DNA from: an uncultured Thermoproteaceae archaeon
GTDB taxonomy: Archaea; Thermoproteota; Thermoprotei; Thermoproteales; Thermocladiaceae
NCBI GenBank assembly: GCA_964575955.1
Contig: CAZNTG010000006.1
Span: 544,001 to 608,000 of the forward strand
Direction: 5' to 3'
DNA length: 64,000 bases
The number at the start of each line of letters is the position of its first letter. Positions within the stretch are counted from its first letter, which is position 1. The translations under genes were made by a program, and so were the position numbers. Under the pieces are notes generated by a model, which was given only the letters and a program-made list of their open reading frames with translations, was not told where the DNA came from and searched no databases. This document shows positions 50,869 through 60,065 of this stretch, piece after piece.

Positions 50869-51930
50869 ATGAGTGAACTTGAATGGGTTGATAAGTACTT
50901 TCCTAAAGATGATATTGCTAAATGTGTAGGTACTTACATCGCATTACTAGTATTGAGATTTGAGAGAAGAAATAATTATGAAAAGATTATAAATATCGAT
51001 GAACTACTTCAATCAATAAAATTAAACTTAACACTATTACTTGGATCTTCAGCAGCATATAGAGCATATATTTCAGGAAGAGAATTTATAGAAGAACTTT
51101 TTAATAAGATACCTGAAGCTTTACAAGCATCTGTAAGATTTAGAATTTTAGAATATATAGAATCTAGACATTATGCAACCATTAGAAAAAACTACCTATA
51201 CCTTGTTGAAAATGAAATTTCGAAAATATCACCAACATCTAGATATATACTGTATAGAATTTTAAATGATTTAAAATATGGAAAAATACCTGTAATAGAT
51301 AGAACATGTGCAGGATCATGCTATGTGTCTCGATTAGACATATCTTCAAGATATGTGAAGGGAACTGTAGAAAGTTTAAATGAACTTATAGATGATTTCG
51401 CAAAAGTTGGAATAATTAAACCAAACTATCTTAGAATGATAATACCAGCACCATTGCTAGAAGATTACTATATTAGAAAACTTCTAGGTAGTAAGACTAC
51501 GAAAGATTTAATATCTACAATAGATTCAATATTAAAAACATTTGGATACTATCAGGTAGATATTGGAAATATAGACTTAGGTAATAGAGAAGTTTTGAAG
51601 ATTGTATATGAGAAGAAGCTTCAAGATAATACTAAGGTAAAGTTTGAAGTTTACTACTCTAAATATCCAATATCTAGAAGTGATATAGATAAGATATTTC
51701 AAGAATCTAGAGGTAGTGTTATTAGAATATTAATATATGAGTATGATATTGATGAAGAAGTTAAGAAGATTTTGAGAGAAGTTGGTATAATACCTATACA
51801 GTCATCAGGTAGAGAAATTGATAAGTATGTTGTTGAGAGAATTGTAAACTCTATACTTGACATAACATCACTATCATATATAGCACAGTTGAAACATACA
51901 CTACTAGAGATCTTAGAATTATTATACTAG
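50869..51930 (+). CDS. hypothetical protein
   Basis: 353-aa ORF; the C-terminal part loosely resembles an inactive restriction-endonuclease-like fold. Confidence 0.65.
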   Translation: MSELEWVDKYFPKDDIAKCVGTYIALLVLRFERRNNYEKIINIDELLQSIKLNLTLLLGSSAAYRAYISGREFIEELFNKIPEALQASVRFRILEYIESRHYATIRKNYLYLVENEISKISPTSRYILYRILNDLKYGKIPVIDRTCAGSCYVSRLDISSRYVKGTVESLNELIDDFAKVGIIKPNYLRMIIPAPLLEDYYIRKLLGSKTTKDLISTIDSILKTFGYYQVDIGNIDLGNREVLKIVYEKKLQDNTKVKFEVYYSKYPISRSDIDKIFQESRGSVIRILIYEYDIDEEVKKILREVGIIPIQSSGREIDKYVVERIVNSILDITSLSYIAQLKHTLLEILELLY

Positions 51931-51932
51931 CA

Positions 51933-51991
51933 TGGGGGGAGCAAGGGGATGGGCTCTCTCATAGACCCTCACACGAGGGTCTCAGAGCCCC
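51933..51991 (-). ncRNA. Non-canonical (Pyrobaculum-type) H/ACA-like guide RNA A
   Basis: Minus strand GGGCTC-TGA-GACCCTC-gtgt-GAGGGTC-TATGAGA-GAGCCC K-turn hairpin, then single-stranded ATCCCCTTGCTCCCC and terminal CCA. Confidence 0.75.
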
Positions 51992-52029
51992 ATTAACATA
52001 GTGTTTGTAGGTTTAAAAATGTTTAAAGA

Positions 52030-52090
52030 TGTGGGGATTAGATACCCCATAGCCCCTTCATAGACCCATAGACTGGGTCTCTGGGGCTGT
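52030..52090 (-). ncRNA. Non-canonical (Pyrobaculum-type) H/ACA-like guide RNA B
   Basis: Minus strand AGCCCC-AGA-GACCCA-gtcta-TGGGTC-TATGAA-GGGGCT K-turn hairpin, then GGGGTATCTAATCCCC (antisense to the conserved 16S GGATTAGATACCC) and ACA. Confidence 0.8.
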
Positions 52091-52125
52091 TTATAGATTT
52101 TTACAGAACTTTTTAATACTTTGTA

Positions 52126-52398
52126 CTATACCTCACCTTCCTCAGATGGTGCTACCTCTGCAACAGCGTAGTTTCTACCTATCCTCTTAATCTTCACTCT
52201 AACTCTATCTCCAGGTTTTGTATTTGGTACAAATATTATGAAACCACGTATCCTAGCTATACCATCACCTCTACGTGAGAGCTCTACAATCTCCACATCT
52301 ATGACATCTCCAACATTTACAGGACTTCGCCTAAATCCACCTCTATTTCCAGACCTATATCCTGATCCTCTTCTACCACCTTTTGAAGACCTATACAT
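52126..52398 (-). CDS. Single TRAM-domain RNA chaperone with RG-rich N-terminus
   Basis: PVNVGD..DVEI..LSRRGDGIARI.GFIIFVPNTKPGD. Confidence 0.92.
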   Translation of the reverse strand: MYRSSKGGRRGSGYRSGNRGGFRRSPVNVGDVIDVEIVELSRRGDGIARIRGFIIFVPNTKPGDRVRVKIKRIGRNYAVAEVAPSEEGEV

Positions 52399-52542
52399 TT
52401 TTCTCCCGTTCTGAACGATAGTCTCAGAACTCTCTAATATATGTCACATGAGAGATACTCAGTATTGATTATTCAAGAAACATACTTAAACCCTAGACTA
52501 GAGAGTAAGGTTTATAAAACAATGCTAAAACTCACTTAGCGA

Positions 52543-52638
52543 GGGCCCGTAGCTCAGCCTGGTTAGAGCGGCGGGCTTTTAACCCGTGTGGGGGAGGAGA
52601 CCCGTAGGTCCCGGGTTCAAATCCCGGCGGGCCCGCCA
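52543..52638 (+). tRNA. tRNA-Lys(TTT) with an 18-nt intron at 37/38 (52582-52599), CCA encoded
   Basis: GGGCCCG/CGGGCCC acceptor stem; CTTTTA|ACCCGTGTGGGGGAGGAG|ACCCGT forms a BHB motif. Confidence 0.93.
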
Positions 52639-52675
52639 TAGAAGAAGACAACGAGAACCGATGTCTCCTCTTCTC

Positions 52676-54094
52676 TTATAATTTCTTGAGTATTAGTTGT
52701 GTATGTGTTGATTGTACTCCCTTTACTTCTCTTATTGTTTCTACGATGTTGTTTAGTTCTTGTTGATCTTTGACTGATATTTTGACTATGATGTCGTATT
52801 CTCCTGTTACTTCCATAACTTCTACAACTCCAGGTATTGATGCTATTCTTCTAGCTATGGATGTTGTGTATATGTTTGATTCACATTTTACCCATACTAA
52901 TGCTTCTAGATTTTCTGGTGGTTTTAGTAGTACTCTTCTTCCTGTTACTTCTTCAACTAGTTCTAGTAGGTCTTCATCTCTCCACGATCTTGTACTTGAT
53001 TTCTCTTTTATCTTTCTAACAATTATTTCAAGTTCTTGATCTGATACTTCAATTCCAAGTCTTTCAAGTCTTGCTTTTACAGCTTTCTTACCTGTATACT
53101 TGTCTATAACCCAGTCACGTGTTCTTCCTATAAGTTCAGGTGGGTATGGTTCGTATGTTTGTGGATTTGATAATACACCTGCAACATGTACACCTGCCTT
53201 ATGTGTAAATGCGTTATCTCCAACTACAGGTGCGTGTGGTGGTAATACTATTCCTGTGTATTTTTCTACAAGTTTTGAAAGTTCTACAATCTTCTTAAGA
53301 TCTACAGTATCTATATTGTAGTGTACTTTCAATGCTACAGCAACTTCCTGTAGACTAGCAATTCCACATCTCTCACCAATACCATTAACAGTTACGTGAA
53401 TTGCAGATGCACCTCCCTCAAATGCTGCTAGACTATTAGCTACAGCCATTCCAAGGTCATTATGTGCATGTATGTCAAGTTCTATATTTGGAACTTCACT
53501 CTTAATCTTCTTGAAAAGCTCTTTTGCTTTAAATGGTGTTAATATACCTACAGTATCTGCAATGCTTACCCTATCAGCACCAGCATCTCTAGCAGTTTTA
53601 ACAACCTGAATTAGAAAATCTATATCAGTTCTAGAGGCATCTTCAGCAGTAAATCTAACTTTAACACCGTGAGATTTTGCAAATTCTACATGTTCAGCAA
53701 TTATTTGAAGTGCCTCTTCTCTAGTAACCTTATGCTTATACTTTAGATGTATATCACTAACTCCATAGAAAATTGCTATTCTATCAACTTCACACTCAGC
53801 AGCCTTCTCAATATCAGACTTAACAGCACGACAATGACCAATAATCTCAGCTTCAAAACCCTGCTTCGCAATAAGTTTAACAGCTTTCTCAATGTCAGGT
53901 GCGACAGCTGGATGTCCAGCCTCTATCATGTCAATACCAGCCTCATCAAGTTTTCTAGCAATCTCAAGTTTTTGATCAATAGTGAATGCAACACCTGGAG
54001 TCTGCTCACCTTCTCTCAAAGTAGTATCTACTAGGTATACTGGCTTTCTCACACTTGTCCTCTTATGCCTCGCCATGTGTGCATTATGAGACAA
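52676..54094 (-). CDS. Homocitrate synthase (LeuA/HCS family) with C-terminal RAM (Lrp/AsnC ligand-binding) domain
   Basis: DTTLREGEQ, HAHND.G, NGIGERCG, HKAGVH; C-terminal EVTGEYDI RAM domain as in crenarchaeal lysine-pathway HCS. Confidence 0.88.
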   Translation of the reverse strand: MSHNAHMARHKRTSVRKPVYLVDTTLREGEQTPGVAFTIDQKLEIARKLDEAGIDMIEAGHPAVAPDIEKAVKLIAKQGFEAEIIGHCRAVKSDIEKAAECEVDRIAIFYGVSDIHLKYKHKVTREEALQIIAEHVEFAKSHGVKVRFTAEDASRTDIDFLIQVVKTARDAGADRVSIADTVGILTPFKAKELFKKIKSEVPNIELDIHAHNDLGMAVANSLAAFEGGASAIHVTVNGIGERCGIASLQEVAVALKVHYNIDTVDLKKIVELSKLVEKYTGIVLPPHAPVVGDNAFTHKAGVHVAGVLSNPQTYEPYPPELIGRTRDWVIDKYTGKKAVKARLERLGIEVSDQELEIIVRKIKEKSSTRSWRDEDLLELVEEVTGRRVLLKPPENLEALVWVKCESNIYTTSIARRIASIPGVVEVMEVTGEYDIIVKISVKDQQELNNIVETIREVKGVQSTHTQLILKKL

Positions 54095-54165
54095 ATTATC
54101 TAAATATTAAGTATTGTCGACTTGAACAAAATTTAATAGTTAGAACATAATAGATAGGAAGGAAC

Positions 54166-54579
54166 ATGCCAGTAGATAGATCTAAAGTAAAACCTGCAGA
54201 AGCAGGATCATTAAAGGAGGGAAGCTACGTAGTCATAGATGATGAACCATGTAGAGTAGTTGAGATTGAGAAAAGTAAGACAGGAAAACATGGATCAGCT
54301 AAAGTTAGAATTGTAGGTATTGGAATATTTGATGGAGTTAAGAGAACAATGGTTGTACCATCAGACGCACAGGTTGAAGTTCCAATAGTTGAAAAATTTA
54401 CAGCACAGATAATATCAATATCAGGAGATACAATACAGCTTATGGATCTTAGAGACTACTCAACATTTGAATTAACGATGAATGAGGTAGAGGAAGAGGT
54501 TAAGGGAAAGTTAGAACCTGGAATTCAGGTAGAAGTTTGGGATATTGGTGGACGAAGAAAAATAATGAGGACGAGATAG
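54166..54579 (+). CDS. eif5a: Translation factor aIF5A
   Basis: [11 protein letters not shown] hypusine motif. Confidence 0.97.
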   Translation: MPVDRSKVKPAEAGSLKEGSYVVIDDEPCRVVEIEKSKTGKHGSAKVRIVGIGIFDGVKRTMVVPSDAQVEVPIVEKFTAQIISISGDTIQLMDLRDYSTFELTMNEVEEEVKGKLEPGIQVEVWDIGGRRKIMRTR

Positions 54580-54585
54580 ACAAGT

Positions 54586-55173
54586 TTATACAAGTGCTGC
54601 AGAGTATGGACCACCAACGAAGAGATAATACTTCTCACCACCCTGCAATTCTCTCAATATTCTATCAAGTATTAACTTTTCAGGATCTATACCAACACGC
54701 TTTCTAATATCTTCAAAACTTTCAAATGGTCTCTTCTTACGTTCTTCAAGTATTAACCATAGAGTCTTCTTACCAATACCTTTCAAGAGCTCTAGTGAGT
54801 GTAGTTTTAATGTTATTGGTCCTGCCTTATTGAAAAACTCTACAAATCTCTTCTCCTGCTTCTTAATTATCTCTACAAGAACTTTCTCAAGATTTGACTT
54901 AGCTTCCTCTGTTAAGTCTGAATATTTCAATCTTCTAACAATCTTATCTATCTTATCTCTCACACCAGGACCAATGTATACTCTCTCAAGTATCTGTACT
55001 TCAACTCCTGGCTTTACTGTAAGTTCTAGAAGTGTGAAGTATTGTTCACCTATTGCCTGTACATAAGTCTCGTTTCTTGGAAATCCTCTACGAATTACCG
55101 TACTTTCTCTCAATACTACATGCTCTGGCGGTAATATGTCTAGTATATATGCATACTCTTCTTTTCTAGCCAT
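54586..55173 (-). CDS. DUF655 putative RNA-binding protein
   Basis: QAIG..YFTLLE, FFN.AGPIT..LHSLELL.GIGKK, PFESFEDI. Confidence 0.9.
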   Translation of the reverse strand: MARKEEYAYILDILPPEHVVLRESTVIRRGFPRNETYVQAIGEQYFTLLELTVKPGVEVQILERVYIGPGVRDKIDKIVRRLKYSDLTEEAKSNLEKVLVEIIKKQEKRFVEFFNKAGPITLKLHSLELLKGIGKKTLWLILEERKKRPFESFEDIRKRVGIDPEKLILDRILRELQGGEKYYLFVGGPYSAALV

Positions 55174-55198
55174 ACCTCACTGCCCAAGATAAGAATTC

Positions 55199-55543
55199 TC
55201 ATTTCCTCTTTCTATACTTATCTATTATACTCAACATCTCTTGAAGTTCTTCATCACTAAACTCTCTTTTCTCAAGACCGAGAATAGTTCTTAACTCTTC
55301 AACATGTCTAGGCATTATATTCACAATCTGTATAGCTGTCATTCTAGCAATACCAAACTTTGTAACTAGCTCTTCAACAATCTTCTTAGCATCTTCAGGA
55401 TTTACCTTAGAGAACTTTCTAAGATATGTCAATACGTCTGAAACCTCAATCTCACTAATACCAAATTTTGACAATGTCTCTTCAAGCAATTTTAATGCCT
55501 CAGGAATAGTTATATCTTCGATACTTATAATCTTCTTTGACAT
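55199..55543 (-). CDS. rpo4: RNA polymerase subunit Rpo4 (RpoF)
   Basis: YLRKFSK, A.QIVNIMP...EELR; upstream of DUF655. Confidence 0.9.
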   Translation of the reverse strand: MSKKIISIEDITIPEALKLLEETLSKFGISEIEVSDVLTYLRKFSKVNPEDAKKIVEELVTKFGIARMTAIQIVNIMPRHVEELRTILGLEKREFSDEELQEMLSIIDKYRKRK

Positions 55544-55627
55544 ATGCTAAATCTACTTCTGACTTAAAAATTCTTACTCAATGAAGCATAAGACTTATAT
55601 TTAAACTAGTCACGATAGGTCAGATCT

Positions 55628-56008
55628 ATGGTTAAGCGTACACATGGATATAGATTTAAGTGTAGAAAACTTTTAAGTAAATCACCAAGAGAGAGAGGTA
55701 GACCAGGACTTAGAAGATGGTTATACACATATGAGATTGGTGAGAAAGTTGTAATTGACATAGATCCAACATACATAACAACAGCACCGCACAGAAGATA
55801 TCAAGGTAAGGTTGGTACAATAATAGGTAAGAGAGGTAGAGCATACCTCATAGAGATATATCTTGGAAGTAAGAGAAAGATCATAATAACAACACCAGAC
55901 CACATAAAGCCACTAAATGAGAAGGAGAAACTTATGAAAGTTATTGAACAGCTAGGCATTAAGGCAAGTCCTGAAATTGTTGATAAGCTAGTACAATCAG
56001 CAAGCTAA
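55628..56008 (+). CDS. rpl21e: 50S ribosomal protein L21e
   Basis: HGYR...RKLL.K..RERG, PHRRYQGKVG, GRAY. Confidence 0.95.
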   Translation: MVKRTHGYRFKCRKLLSKSPRERGRPGLRRWLYTYEIGEKVVIDIDPTYITTAPHRRYQGKVGTIIGKRGRAYLIEIYLGSKRKIIITTPDHIKPLNEKEKLMKVIEQLGIKASPEIVDKLVQSAS

Positions 56009-56063
56009 AAACGACAATAATATAACCCAGAACTGTCTAAGTATTTGTCAGGCGGAGAGAACC

Positions 56064-56720
56064 TTGAATAGAGGAGCAAGATTTGAAGACTATGTTGCGG
56101 AACTATTATCAAAACTTGGATTTATAATTCTTGGAAAGAGAATTAGAGTATACGTTGACGGTAACGAAGTCGGTGAGGTAGACATTCTTGCACAAGATGC
56201 AGCGGGAAATAAATATGCTGTAGAGGTAAAATCAGGAAAGATAGATGTAACAGGAATAAGACAGGCATATGTAAATGCTAAAATTCTAAATGCAAAACCA
56301 CTAATAGTTGCAAGAGGATTCTCAAACTCATCAGCAGAAGCACTAGCTAGAGAACTTGGAGTAGAAACAATAACACTAGACGAGAATGTGCTAATAAGAA
56401 CAGAAGAACTAATGTTAACATTAGAGATGGTACTGTACAAATTTATGGAGGAAACATTAACAATGCTTGAAAAAATTAGAGAGATTGCAGAAAATAGACA
56501 TATTAGAGAAGCAATACTAAAATGTGATGACTGGTCATGTATGTGTAGAGAACTAGGGCTACAATCTGAGGAATGTGGAACAATGATAATGAGAATTAGA
56601 CAAACATTAAAACTAAACCACTCTGTAAGTTTTATGAAAGTAAAAGCATTAACAAGACTATACACATTTCTAAAAAATTTGACAAATAGTGTGAAAGAAG
56701 AAAAGGTATATAACACCTAG
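56064..56720 (+). CDS. PD-(D/E)xK endonuclease (Mrr/RecB-like)
   Basis: RGARFEDYVAELL..LGF, GEVDILA, AVEVKS. Confidence 0.85.
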   Translation: MNRGARFEDYVAELLSKLGFIILGKRIRVYVDGNEVGEVDILAQDAAGNKYAVEVKSGKIDVTGIRQAYVNAKILNAKPLIVARGFSNSSAEALARELGVETITLDENVLIRTEELMLTLEMVLYKFMEETLTMLEKIREIAENRHIREAILKCDDWSCMCRELGLQSEECGTMIMRIRQTLKLNHSVSFMKVKALTRLYTFLKNLTNSVKEEKVYNT

Positions 56721-56737
56721 CACAATACTGTAACCGA

Positions 56738-56807
56738 CCCCGTCGGTCTCACGGGCCTGGACAGGGCATGTAGCCCTGAATGAAGGGCTCGCGGTCAGAC
56801 GGGGACA
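56738..56807 (+). ncRNA. Canonical single-hairpin H/ACA sRNA
   Basis: CCCCGTC/GACGGGG lower stem, pocket GGTCTCA / CGGTCA, upper stem with K-turn (TGGA...AATGAAG), terminal ACA about 14 nt from the pocket. Confidence 0.88.
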
Positions 56808-56812
56808 AATAT

Positions 56813-57928
56813 CTATAACTCATGTGCCTCTACTTCAGGTAGCTTATCTAAACCTACATCACTTCTACTACCAAATCTGTCAACTAGATATGTTTTTAAT
56901 ATGTTTGAGATCTTACCTGTAGTTAAGTATTTAATAACCTCATCTGCTAATCCAGGCCCAATTTCAGCACCATAACCATCAAATCCTGATATGACTATCA
57001 CCTTTCCTAAGAATGCGACTATGGGTCTACTATCAGGACTTGTATCACAATAACCTGCACTACCAATTATATACTTAGCATATTTATATCTTCTCAATAG
57101 TCTAGGTAGAATGTCATGTTTAAACCATGACTCGACCTTAGCCTTGTTAGTTGGTTCTTGTGGTGGTGTATTTCCATTTCCACATACTGCAAATCTCATA
57201 TTACCAATCTTCAATTTAGATAAATAGCCACATGGTCTAACATAGATCCTATTTACATAGTCATACAATATGTAGTTCATACTATTGCTAGATATTAGGA
57301 ATATACCTGCTTGACATTTATATGGTATTAGTGGAATTTTAATATTATTATCAAATAATAATCTTCTAGTCCATGCACCACATGTAACTATCACATAGTC
57401 AAAATCTGTTATAGATTCATTTCTAGTTATAACCTTGACATTATTAAGATCTTCAATCTTTATCTTAGCTTCACATAGTTTAACATCAATATCTCTCCAT
57501 AATGAGTATACTATCTTATCTATCCTAACGATAATATCGTTATTACATACATATACAACCTCATTATCATACACTTTGAAATCGATATCCTGATAGTTAT
57601 CTAGTCTATATACATCTGCACCTACACCTCTCCACTTTTCTATTAAATTCACAATCTTATATTCATGATCTTTCAATAGTACTGTGTACGATTTTACTAT
57701 CTTTATACAATTTTCTAGATTAAATTCCTTAATGACTTTAGCATAGAGTTCTCTAGTTGATTTTGCTAGTAGTATATCTTCATCATACTTCTGCATTAGA
57801 GATTGTATAAGTCCAATCTTTGGATACTTTCTTCTCAGCGAGAATGTTCTAACTTTAAATCCACTACTTTTTAACAACCATGCTATGAATGTTCCCACTA
57901 TTCCACAACCAATTACACATATATTCAT
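56813..57928 (-). CDS. FAD-dependent oxidoreductase (DAO/glycine oxidase family)
   Basis: VIGCGIVG, VTCGAW, SPDSRP, SGFDGYG...GP. Confidence 0.88.
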   Translation of the reverse strand: MNICVIGCGIVGTFIAWLLKSSGFKVRTFSLRRKYPKIGLIQSLMQKYDEDILLAKSTRELYAKVIKEFNLENCIKIVKSYTVLLKDHEYKIVNLIEKWRGVGADVYRLDNYQDIDFKVYDNEVVYVCNNDIIVRIDKIVYSLWRDIDVKLCEAKIKIEDLNNVKVITRNESITDFDYVIVTCGAWTRRLLFDNNIKIPLIPYKCQAGIFLISSNSMNYILYDYVNRIYVRPCGYLSKLKIGNMRFAVCGNGNTPPQEPTNKAKVESWFKHDILPRLLRRYKYAKYIIGSAGYCDTSPDSRPIVAFLGKVIVISGFDGYGAEIGPGLADEVIKYLTTGKISNILKTYLVDRFGSRSDVGLDKLPEVEAHEL

Positions 57929-58091
57929 ACTATGCTAGCTCAAGTATGTTAACTCTTGATTTAACACTTACTCTAGATCTTCAACTTGTCTCTTTGACAG
58001 TAATCATGTTCTACATATTGTTTCACTGTCAAGTCTTGATCGTTATGGTATTGTCGTGATGTCTGTAAAACCTATTTTTTAAAAAAGAGGC

Positions 58092-58774
58092 ATGGACTTC
58101 GCTATGGCTAGTCCTACACTATCACCAGGAGATACCGCATGGTTACTGACTGCATCAACGTTAGTAATGTTGATGACTGTTCCTGGATTAGCATTATTCT
58201 ACTCAGGACTTGTGAGAAAGAAAATGTTATATCAACGATGATGTACTGCTTCTTAGCGTATGGTATAGTGTCTATAGCTTGGATATTGTACGCATTTTCA
58301 CTAGCTTTTAGTCCATTTGGACCATTATCAGCATTTATAGGTAATTTGAAATATGCTACTATTAGTCCATTTACAGGAACAACACCAAGATCACTATGGT
58401 GGAACTTCTGGTTTCACACTAACGTACCGACATTCATATACTGTGGTTTCCAATTAACATTTGCAGCTATAACTGTAGCAATAATATCTTCAGCAATTGT
58501 AGAGAGAACTAAGCTAAGTGCATGGATAACATTCTGTATACTATGGCTAACATTTGTATACTGTCCAGTAGCTCACTGGTTATGGAGTGATGGTTGGCCT
58601 AAGACAATTCTACCAAAGCTAGGTCTACCACCTACACTAGACTTCGCTGGTGGTATGGTAGTTCACATGTCTAGTGGATTTTCAGCTCTAGTACTAGCAT
58701 ACATAGTTGGAAAACGTTTAGGATATGGTAAAGAACCAATGCCACCACACAACATAACTTACGTACTTCTAGGA
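58092..58774 (+). pseudogene. amt: Ammonium transporter Amt, 5' part (single-base deletion near 58221-58224; interrupted by an IS)
   Basis: GDTAW...LM.VPGLALFYSGLVRK|NVIS, FQLTFA, AHWLW, DFAGG.VVH, PPHN..YVLLG. Confidence 0.9.
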
Positions 58775-58820
58775 ATGAGTTCGGGTCTGAATATTCTTGT
58801 ATATGTTTTGTTTCATCCCC

Positions 58821-60065
58821 TCATGTTTTCCCTCCCACATCGGTCTTGGAGTTGCATCTCCTTCGGGAGGGATTCATCCCGTGCGACCCACGCGCACGGT
58901 CTAGGTAAAGTTTGAGATAGTGGAGAGGTGCACATCTGCCCGTAAACTTCTTGTAGAGATTCAGTACAGCAACAACATCTCTATGACCAACAAAGCCACA
59001 GTTACTGCATTTGACAAGCCTATAACTAACATGTATTAGCTTAGCTCCACATAGCGGGCATGTACTACTGGTCTCTCTCGGATCTACCTCTACGTATGGG
59101 ACACCAAGCTCCTCACATTTACACTTCAATGCGTATAAGAACTTCCTGTAACAGAACCCAGCTATCTTCCAGCCTTTCTTACACCTTGTAACATCTTCAA
59201 GATATTCAACAACTACTACAGCTAGTTTTTTCTTTGCATACTTCGCTATCTGTTTTCCAAGTTCCCAACAGCTATCAGTTAAAACATTTCTTGCACGCTT
59301 AAACCAGTAGCGTACTCTCTCAAGTACACGCTTGCTAAATCTCCACGACTTTGGATATTGTTTCTGTAACAAGTGAGCACGATGCCTAAACTTGAGATAC
59401 TTCTCAAATGGTGCCCTGATAAAGCGTACAGTTGCTATTTCCCTAACTTCATCTACGTAAAGTAGCGAAATGTTCCACAAATTAACATCAAGTACAACTA
59501 CATTAACCGGAATGTAAAACTCTACCCTCTTCTTGAGATATATGCAGACCCAGATATTTCCATTTTCGTACTTTACAACAAGCTCGTAGTTTTTCCATCC
59601 TCCCGAAACAAAGCGAGCAAGATAGTTCTTCCTATGCAAGAGGCGAAGAGTAACTGTTTTTCCATTGTGTAGTTTCAGAACAAGTCTAGCATTCTTAAGA
59701 TCGAGCTCATAATCATACATGTCAAATCTTGCTGATAGCTTCCTCAAAGTTGGTTTTGACCCTCTGTTAACTTTTGCACCAGCAACGACAGCTCTAGCAT
59801 ACTTATAAATCTGCTTGACGTGATGTGTCCTGAAACCTTGCTGTCTCAGTATGCTATAAAACCATTGATGTAGTTGCGACTCTGTAGGTACTTTAGGTAG
59901 GTTCCATATAAGGTCAACAATCCACTGAACACGGCCTCTCCAAAGTTTTAGGAACTCTAGCAAGTCCTCTAGCTTGCCCTTCTCAACAACTGCTCTGCAC
60001 CTGACCGTACGTACAATCTCCCTCCCTCGGGGAACCGCCCTTACTTGGGCGGTGCTCCCCCTCAT
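58821..60065 (-). CDS. tnpB: TnpB RNA-guided endonuclease
   Basis: RuvC-I VLDVN, RuvC-II VVEYL, Zn finger CPLC/CSNC, RuvC-III HRDVVAVLNL, TSSTCP. Confidence 0.92.
   Translation of the reverse strand: MRGSTAQVRAVPRGREIVRTVRCRAVVEKGKLEDLLEFLKLWRGRVQWIVDLIWNLPKVPTESQLHQWFYSILRQQGFRTHHVKQIYKYARAVVAGAKVNRGSKPTLRKLSARFDMYDYELDLKNARLVLKLHNGKTVTLRLLHRKNYLARFVSGGWKNYELVVKYENGNIWVCIYLKKRVEFYIPVNVVVLDVNLWNISLLYVDEVREIATVRFIRAPFEKYLKFRHRAHLLQKQYPKSWRFSKRVLERVRYWFKRARNVLTDSCWELGKQIAKYAKKKLAVVVVEYLEDVTRCKKGWKIAGFCYRKFLYALKCKCEELGVPYVEVDPRETSSTCPLCGAKLIHVSYRLVKCSNCGFVGHRDVVAVLNLYKKFTGRCAPLHYLKLYLDRARGSHGMNPSRRRCNSKTDVGGKT

Noticed and set aside
51933-52050. 16S rRNA gene fragment (GGATTAGATACCC on the plus strand)
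   Set aside because: Only about 16-nt matches, each attached to a K-turn hairpin on the opposite strand; better explained as antisense guides.
52582-52599. Non-canonical intron position or tandem duplication in tRNA-Lys (ACCCGT repeated)
   Set aside because: A canonical 37/38 intron gives a valid BHB motif, so nothing unusual is required.
58139-58915. 258-aa ORF as an intact gene
   Set aside because: It is a chimera of an out-of-frame start, the amt middle and IS sequence.
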